64,000 nucleotides of DNA from Octopus sinensis (lineage: Eukaryota), in contig NC_043001.1 of NCBI RefSeq assembly GCF_006345805.1, positions 12,276,001 through 12,340,000 on the forward strand. Direction: 5' to 3'. Position numbers and translations under genes: made by a program. Shown here one piece after another: positions 55,535-64,000 of this stretch. Below the pieces are notes generated by a model that was given only the letters and a program-made list of their open reading frames with translations, was not told the origin of the DNA and did no database searches. The first letter of the stretch is position 1; each line of letters starts with the position of its first letter.

Positions 55535-55951
55535 GATCATAATATCTCAGCGAAAGAGTTTGACAAGCTCAGAAAATATAAAGACCTACTCATTGAAATT
55601 GAGAAAATGTGGCATCTCAAGGCGGTTACAATACCAGTGATCGTAGGAGCACTAGGAATGATCAAGAAGGGAACCGAAAATTATATGAGAATGATCCCTG
55701 GCTTACCATCCCTGCAAGAAGTGCAAAAGATTATCTTAACTGGTACATCACACGTATTGAGAAGAGCATTGTCGATGTGAGAACTATTACTACCCATGTA
55801 TTTTAATTAAACTTAAAAAAAAATTTAGAAATGAACGAACTATTGAGTTTAGTTTAATGGCCTACCAATGTATACTATGAGTTTATTTGCCCTATGAGTC
55901 GGGAAGACACTCGGCAAGAAATAGAAGCAAATTTGAAAGAAGAAAAAAAAA
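55535..55951 (+). mobile_element. Severely 5'-truncated copy of the R4/Dong-like element at 32679, in (TAA)n
   Basis: Near-identical to about 33345-33764: KEFDKLRKYKDLLIEIEKMWHLKAVTIPVIVGALG..HVLRRALSM*. Confidence 0.92.
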
Positions 55952-56326
55952 ATAATAATGATGATGATAACTTCCGTGCTGTAATTTTCTATTCAGTGTT
56001 TCGATTAATATGTTTAGTTCACAATGCGATATGGTTGTTCGTATTTAACAAGCCATTAATACTTTATGAGGGTATTTTGTTTAAGATCAAGAATCATTAA
56101 CTGATTAATTAAAACATATTTTAAGATAAATGATTTAAGTTTACTAATTATCCGATCATTATACTTCCTGAAGGAAGATTCAGCCTGCTTAATTTCTAAT
56201 AATTAAACGTACAGAAATATCTTATCTCATTTCATTAATACGTAATAGAAAAAGACTATTTTTCTTCCTAACTGTAAGAATAATTGATGCTGACATTTAT
56301 GAGTGAGACTATTTAATTCCATAATA

Positions 56327-56366
<40 letters not shown>

Positions 56367-56379
56367 TAATAATAATAAT

Positions 56380-56462
<83 letters not shown>

Positions 56463-56499
56463 TGATGATGATAATAATACATAGAACAAATAGAGGCTG

Positions 56500-56655
56500 T
56501 AATAAGGGTGGAACACTTCCAGAAAACAACACTGCTTGTAACCACTCGAATACATGGAAGGTTCTCGAAAACTAAGATGTGTAACCTTAGTTCACTGTTA
56601 GTGAATAGCTGGCATCCAAGTCCATCTTCAGCGATAGAAGCTGTGCAAAAGACAA
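56500..56655 (+). mobile_element. 3' end of a second R4-like family between (AAT)n arrays
   Basis: VEHFQKTTLLVTTRI resembles the terminal LQK..LLGT..I.R motif; short 3'UTR then (AAT)n. Confidence 0.5.
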
Positions 56656-56657
56656 TA

Positions 56658-56698
<41 letters not shown>

Positions 56699-56759
56699 CA
56701 ACAACAACATCAATAGTAATAGGTCTATATCAATAAAATCAGTCATAATAGGAATCAAT

Positions 56760-57420
56760 ATGAAGCAAAAAATAAACACTCAACAAAACTGCTCAGTGGA
56801 TTAATTGGGAAAACAAAAGGAAGAATACAGTAGAACCACTACTATGGCCCACCATCACAGGCCAAGAGATCACGGTTACATTGGGAAAATTCCGGGGATA
56901 TAGAAGGTCCACAACGTCTGGTTAAAACCCCTCACCAGTACCCATAAACATTTAGCGAGAGCATTTAAACCCTCTTAATTCTCAAAATTAAAGACTCCAA
57001 ACACCGACAAAAGTATAGACCAATAACATGCTGCCAATAACATCCTACAAAACTCTAGCATCATTCATCTCTAACCGGCTTATAAAGCATCTGGAAAAGA
57101 ACACGGTTTTAGTGAAAGAACAAAAAAGAGCGCCCGAGGAGGGATGTAAGGAGCAACTTCTGGTAAATCAAACAATTACAGAGGACCCTAAGAAGAGGAA
57201 GAGAAAAGTGAACTTGACTTGGATTGATTACCAGGAAGCATTCAACAGTGTTCTAGGCTCATGGATACTGGAATCTCTCCACAGGAATAATGTATCCCCA
57301 CCACTTTAGAATATATTAAACATGAAACTTGCATTGTCGACATGGAGAAAAATAAACCCAGCCTATATTCTATAAGAATCGTAAAGAATATTCTTGATAT
57401 TTGAAGAGAGTTGTTGTCGC
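56760..57420 (+). mobile_element. Degraded R4-like reverse transcriptase fragment
   Basis: YRPITC/LPITSYKTLASFISNRLIKHLEKN..KEQK..GCKEQLLVNQTITED.KKRKR..WIDYQEAFNSV..SWILESL (early RT motifs; consensus WIDY.KAFDSVPH.W). Confidence 0.8.
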
Positions 57421-57492
57421 CAATCCTCAAGATAAACTACTTGCCAACTTAGCATTCTCTAGCGTAATTATGGTGATGATGATAATGATGGC

Positions 57493-57545
<53 letters not shown>

Positions 57546-57549
57546 GTAA

Positions 57550-57891
57550 TAGTAGTGGGGAGCATCATAGCCATGTGTTGAGAGGGATTCTTTGGGGTTT
57601 GAATAATTCACCTATGGAAACATGGGTGGTTCTTTCAACATCCTTAAACAATCCTTATTTAGGGATCTTTTGAGCGGGATTAGGCTACTCAACCTGAAGT
57701 AAATTCTAACTGGGCCCCACCTGCAAGGTCATGTGTTGTTTATCTTGATATGAGATCACCATGTCGCGCACATATTTTTGTGATGCGTGTGCCTGGTGTA
57801 CCCTTATCAGACGGCTAGTCATGATGGGTATGCTGGGCTTCGTATATTTTACCCCAGTGTCACTTTGATCGCATGAACTGCTCTCTCACTC
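57550..57891 (+). mobile_element. 5'-truncated copy of the 54668-55240 element, in (AAT)n
   Basis: Colinear from tagtgggg(g)agcatcatagcc to ctcactc. Confidence 0.8.
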
Positions 57892-57928
<37 letters not shown>

Positions 57929-58654
57929 TAATAATAATAATATAATAATAATAATAATATAATAATAATGATAATAATAATAATAATGATAATAATAATA
58001 ATAGTATAGTATAGTATACAAAACTTAACGAAATATTGACTATTTTTTACGATATGTCCTTACACAAACAGTAAAAAGGATATCTCGTCATTGCGTAGGA
58101 CGTTAGAACATTTTACAAAATTACTTAATATACATAATTTTCTTTTCAGACATGACTTCACATACACAATCATTTCCAGCTATATTGCTTTCCGAATCGC
58201 TACTCCGTCTTTTAATATCCTTTTAGAGCTCATAATTTTTTTTATTCATTCCAAATTTTGTTGGAGTATTGTGTTTTACTTATGTTATGTCAAATTGTAT
58301 TACATTTAGAAATAAACACAAAATATTAAGTGTATTTATACAAAGATTTGAAATCCTGTAAAATAAGCTCGAGGAGCCAAGAAAAAAATGACAAATCAGA
58401 ACTGTTTCGTTACTTGTGAACAAAAGATAAAATATAAAAACACATTGTTTAATATTTTTCTCTTCCAGTTAAAAATATTTGATATCTAAATTTTGAAATA
58501 TATAATTATCCCCAAAAGATGTTTTATCTATATAACAAACTGTTAATAATACATTTTTCTACAGAGCCCTGACTGAAGTTTTATCGATCTTGAAATGAGT
58601 AAAGGCAAGGTTAACAACGGCTGGATTTGAGATTTAAATGTATATGTTCGAAGA

Positions 58655-59889
58655 ACGAGGTTATATAAAAAAATTCTCCAGGATTGGTGATGTTTGATAA
58701 ACAATAACTTATTCACTTTTGACATCATATCCTTCGAAATGGTCACGATGCACAGTAATACGCTTATCTCAACGTTCCTGTCTGTTTTGGAATCCGGAAT
58801 GCAAACCGTTTTCCGTAAGCAAGTGGTGGACCTTCTGCAATTTGCCCTGGATCACGGCAACGGTGTCAAAAAAGTGAATTTTGAGGTGCATCTCTATTTG
58901 GGGAAGAGATATAAGTCCGCAGCGGATAAATCAAGCAAACAGGATGAGTGCAGAAGTGATACCATGTTGGCCAGAACTTCTACGAGTAAGGAGAGTTCGG
59001 CGAAAGGGTGCATTATTGTCGTAAAGAATCTGATTCTTCGCGCTCCACACATCCGGTGTCTTTCCACAAAGGCTTCGAAACCTCGCAGTAGAACTCTCGA
59101 GTGTCGGCCTGCCCTCAGGGAGGAGGGCGAAGTCTGGATGTGCAATACCCCAGATGTTGAGAAAACGATGAACTGTGGCACTGTTGTGCCTTTTTCGGTC
59201 GCGGAGATGAAGGCCAACTTTCATTCTGACGAATGCTGCTTCGTTTGAGAGTCGTAACCGTAGACCCAACACTCGTCACCGGGGATTATGCTCGATAAGG
59301 TATTGAAAGAACTTCGATGACATGTTCTTTCTTCTAGGTGGTCAGCAGGCAGGGGACAAACTTGGCAGAGATACGCTGTATGTTCAAATAAGACATTAGG
59401 ATTGCCTACACGGACCAATGCAACGGGGGATCAATATTAGAAAATCTTCGGCAACCTCATGCACAAGCTGAAGAATGTTCTTCACAATTCCGGGGATGAC
59501 GCTTGTGGAATGTCTTCCGGGACGCTCATAGACGTCCAGGGTCGTTCTCCTAATTTTGAAAACCGGTGGCACTCAAAATGTAGCGTACGACCCATTGCCT
59601 CAACACCGTCAGCTTGCCGGAGAATTCTCAGTGTCTCAGTAGCAGATGTCCCACATATAATGCAAATTATCACGCTGGCTTCTGTGTTCCAACTTGTTGA
59701 CCACGACAAAATCGCAAACTACAACATACATATGATCACAAAATCACGAATTTCACAACTTGCGAAGTAAACATAGGGATGTGTCTCTGCACACTACGTC
59801 ATGAAGTTCTCACTCAGTACGCACACATCTGCTGCCATCTATTGGTACGCTAGAGAACTAGCCCGGGAACGATATGATACCACCTCCTA
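58655..59889 (-). mobile_element. Near full-length decayed mariner (DD34D-type) element
   Basis: Minus frames give GTSATETLRILRQADGVEAMGRT..FECHR, IIPGDECWVYGYDSQTKQHSSE, ILYDNNAP, LLDLSAADLYLFPK. Degenerate terminal inverted repeats acgaggttatataaaaaaattc and (reverse complement) aggaggtggtatcatatcgttcc. Confidence 0.8.
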
Positions 59890-60053
59890 ATGTGGAGAGT
59901 CGTTTTGTTCGACACACTAAATCTTTTAGTAGCTCATAACTATAAACAGTATGTCAGAAATATATACACCTCTGCCTGTGTATAAGATGTGTATACACAT
60001 TCTATCAATCTCTTCTATCTCCCGCTTTATATATTTACACACACATATATATG

Positions 60054-60116
<63 letters not shown>

Positions 60117-61854
60117 CCGCCAAGAAATTTAGGAGTTGTGGATACAACCCACTAAGGGATAATGTCTATCCAATATACTGTTGGTATAATACCCAATTAT
60201 TACTACACAATTGTTTTTAATTGCAATGTAATTAACGTACTTATTGTATTAAATGGATGAAGGTAAAGAAATATTTTACCATTAATTTATATTGCAAATA
60301 AGAAAATGGAGAAGCACATTAGTTGGTTCATCAAATTTAGGATATTAAAATGTGGACTTATTTATTTATCAAAGCGACAACCATATTAACAAATTTTTAT
60401 TTTTGTTTCCACTTATGTAAAATACAGTCATTGCACATGGTTAGTCCCATGTTCCAGTCTTACCAATTCTCATTTAGGAACCTCTCTTTTCTGAACAGTC
60501 TTTCTATTTTGAGCTGTAAATATTTTCTCCTTTCTAAATGTCAGCGAAGGGAAAGCAGCAAAAACACAAAGGAAAACCCACCTGCTACTTTTGCTCTGTA
60601 CATGTGTGTTATACAGAATTTCCACTGCTATAATGGTATTCTATGAATTACTGATAAAAGCATTAAGCTATAATCTGTCAGTTTGAATGTATGTGTGAAA
60701 GATAAAGAATTATCCAAAATCTGACAGCCTCCTTTTTCTCAATATACAAAATTTGTACATCGCTTTAAACATTATACATGGCGTGCTATTATGCAAACGT
60801 GTCCCAAAAAGAAAAAAAATCGTTTCAGCGTTCCATTTATTTTTACATTAGCAACAGTTTCAGCTTAAGAATAATACTTTGTTGGGTGCATAAAATCCTA
60901 AACCCATGCATGTATGATATTTTCAGTCAGAAATATATTTTACATAGCTATCGCATGTGGGACATACTACACTTTTGAAAAATGCTAATCTGCTGTACGA
61001 CACTTTGACAATTTTTGATATCTTGGCATCTGAAGCAGCAGGACCTATTATAGTTTGACCAAAAGAACCGGCTATTGCAAGCAAAATTAAATATTGAGAA
61101 TAAAATCATTTGGCCAAACTCGGACATACCACAGTTTAACATAACAGCAGCAATAAATAATATAAATGAAATATTTCGTCCATAATAGTTAGTCCCAAAT
61201 GCTTATCTTTTGGCACTACAGGTTAGGAATAAATATCTTCTTCACTCCCAGATTTGTTTTAGAGTTCGGTATTCTAAGAGACTGGACGAAGCCTCTTCTG
61301 AGCTTATAGCCTCTTCTGAGCTCATAGCCCCTTGGAATATGTGTGACCGTGTGTGCGTGTTTGTGAGTAAGTAGAGACAAATGGGAGGAAGTTATTTGGG
61401 AAGGGTGAGAGAGAAAGCTGCTAGCATAATTGTTAGGATATCTGTTCCTAGATGCACTGAGGCAGTGTGAACCTGAAGGCGTTGTGTATGTGATTATCAT
61501 GCGGATTGCTTCAGAAACGAAACTATTTCAGTTTCCGATTAGATAAGGCTAAACAATAATGAATGTCTCAGTGCTGAATAAGCTAAATGTATCATTTGAT
61601 AAATTTCAGAGAAAGTAGTTGAAGCTACTACCATGAATATGTAAAATAACATCTGCTTATTTCTCTCTATATCCTTATATCGGTTGGCTAATTGGGAAAA
61701 ACATTAACTAAATACAGATTAAAAATAACAATAAAAAGCAAGTCCTATATTTTCGAAAACATTTTACATCATTAACATATGAAAAATGATTGTCATACAC
61801 AAGAATGATAGTTATTTGGGAATTAATACATAAACGAAATTACAAACTAGAAAT

Positions 61855-61916
<62 letters not shown>

Positions 61917-62466
61917 ATTAAATGTACTTCAAATCCAGGAGATTTATTCCATTCTAACTGCATTGAAGCTTCCATTAGATAATAAATTAAAAAATAAGTA
62001 TTTATTATTTCTTCCATTAGGATTCAATGTCAGTAGTTATAAATATGTAATTTCTCTTCCATTATAACATTTTAAATGGATTCGATGCCATAGGGTATAA
62101 ATCTTTTCGGAAAAATGTTATATATAATGGAATTTGTTGCCTTAATACGGATGTAATCAATTTTATATCAACATATAGCATAATGATAATTATAAGCAAT
62201 ATTAAGTAATTGAATAGGACTGATATAATTGTCTGTTATTGGATGCCATCCAATTTACATAATCAATGTAGTTTCAAGTAAAAGAATAAAATAAGAAATA
62301 ATATTTCAACAACGATACAGGATGAAACATCTAAGCGCATATTCTCTTTTTAATTCCTTGAAAGCAAAATGCGATGAAATCTGAATTTAATGTTTTATTA
62401 AATAAAATTTTTCAAGAAATTGATTCACTGATTTCAATGTGTTGATAAATAAGGACAAACACAGCA

Positions 62467-62551
<85 letters not shown>

Positions 62552-62668
62552 ATAGACATACAGTCATGCCTACATAAACATTCGAATATATTTTATAAGG
62601 AATATCGATATGACGAAAGTTTCTGAATAACGGAGTCGTTGAGAAGTTCCTGCCGTTAAATTCCATTT

Positions 62669-62834
62669 AGGAGTGGCTGTGTGGTAAGTAGCTTGCTAAC
62701 CAACCACACGGTTCCGGGTTCAGTCCCACTGCGTGGCATCTTGGGCAAGTGTCTTCTGCTATAGCCCCGGGCCGACCAATGCCTAGTGAGTGGATTTGGT
62801 AGACGGAAACTGAAAGAAGCCCGTCGTATATATG

Positions 62835-62867
<33 letters not shown>

Positions 62868-63080
62868 CTGTGTGTGTCTGTGTTTGTCCCCCTAGCATTG
62901 CTTGACAACCGATGCTGGTGTGTTTACGTCCCCGTCACTTAGCGGTTCGGCAAAAGTGACCGATAGAATAAGTACTGGGCTTACAAAGAATAAGTCCTGG
63001 GGTCGATTTGCTCAGCTAAAGGCGGTGCTCCAGCATGGCCGCAGTCAAATGACTGAAACAAGTAAAAGAGTAAAAGAGTA
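62669..63080 (+). mobile_element. SINE family 1, full-length reference copy
   Basis: A-box-like tggctgtgtgg, B-box-like ggttcagtccc, internal (TA)/(GT) tract, tail gaaacaagtaaaagagtaaaagagta. Confidence 0.92.
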
Positions 63081-63540
63081 ATAGGATTAATACACATTCC
63101 TGGATTCCTCACAGTCTCCTTTGTTCGAATATATTTGATTTCAAATTGAACTTGATCAATGGTAGAAATAGAATTGGTACCATTTTCGTTCAAACCTCTC
63201 AGACCTGTCAAACAATAAAAATGATATATGGCCACGCAGTAAATTTAGAAAAGAAAACAATTTGATACGATAGTGGAATAAAAATGTTCCGGGACTACTA
63301 GTTCTATAGCGTGCTCACTCCTAAGGTCAACCCTCAAATTCGTCGCCAAAGCTTGGTCGTGCGCTCTCAGTATAATGGTCTTGGTCTTTTCTTAGGGTTC
63401 TTTCATCAGCCAATCCCACTAATTTTTTCCAGCAACTTCTCTTGTGACGACTACATGGTATTAATTGTGTTTTACCTTCTTGCGTAATTGTACTTCATGT
63501 CCGATTTGGATTTCTTCTTCTTCTTCTTCTTCTTCTTCTT

Positions 63541-63603
<63 letters not shown>

Positions 63604-63614
63604 TATTATTATTA

Positions 63615-63890
63615 TTATTACTATTATATTTTTGATTTTTGCTTTGTATTTGTACAAGTTGTCTCCAAGTCTCACCCAGGGACCTCAAGAGACAACAAAT
63701 TTGAATTCCAGTTTGGTGTTATGACTAGGGTGTCATATATTTAGTTTTTCATAGATTATTTTTCTAGACAAAGTCTGTCAAAACATGAATAATTAGAAGT
63801 TCGATTTAGTTAGTAATTTGATTATAAGATGATAACGAGTTAAGATGACAGCAAAGGTTGTTTCCTATTATGCACATTCAAGAATATTTC
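63615..63890 (-). mobile_element. Probable 3'UTR of an R4-like element between (ATT)n arrays
   Basis: Minus strand gaggtccctgggtgagacttggagacaacttgtacaaatacaaagcaaaaatc runs into (AAT)n, like the other TAA-targeted ends. Confidence 0.35.
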
Positions 63891-63908
63891 GACACTTTAT
63901 TATTATTA

Positions 63909-63977
<69 letters not shown>

Positions 63978-64000
63978 TTATGTTTTTTCCTTCTTTCTTC

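Overview
Very AT-rich, microsatellite-dense eukaryotic DNA. The SINE families present resemble those I recall from Octopus/cephalopods (inference, not a database result). No host protein-coding gene could be identified; nearly all ORFs in the supplied track are read-throughs of (TA)n, (CA)n, (TATG)n or (AAT)n repeats. The window is built from transposon debris: (1) about 25 tRNA-headed SINE copies of at least 4 families, some as head-to-tail multimers; (2) R2-superfamily non-LTR retrotransposons with a restriction-like endonuclease (R4/Dong-like in (TAA)n and (TATG)n arrays, plus a HERO-like piece); (3) a CR1/L2-type LINE tail; (4) decayed Tc1/mariner elements and a MITE; (5) Penelope-like element (PLE) remnants. 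The most striking signal is a recurring non-coding architecture: an inverted partial copy, then a forward copy with an extra tail, then (TA)n. It appears at five to six loci, and three of these loci carry type I hammerhead ribozyme (HHR) motifs in the arms. About ten HHR or HHR-like motifs occur in total, including a G3-C8 compensated core variant and a tRNA-headed SINE with an HHR-bearing tail.
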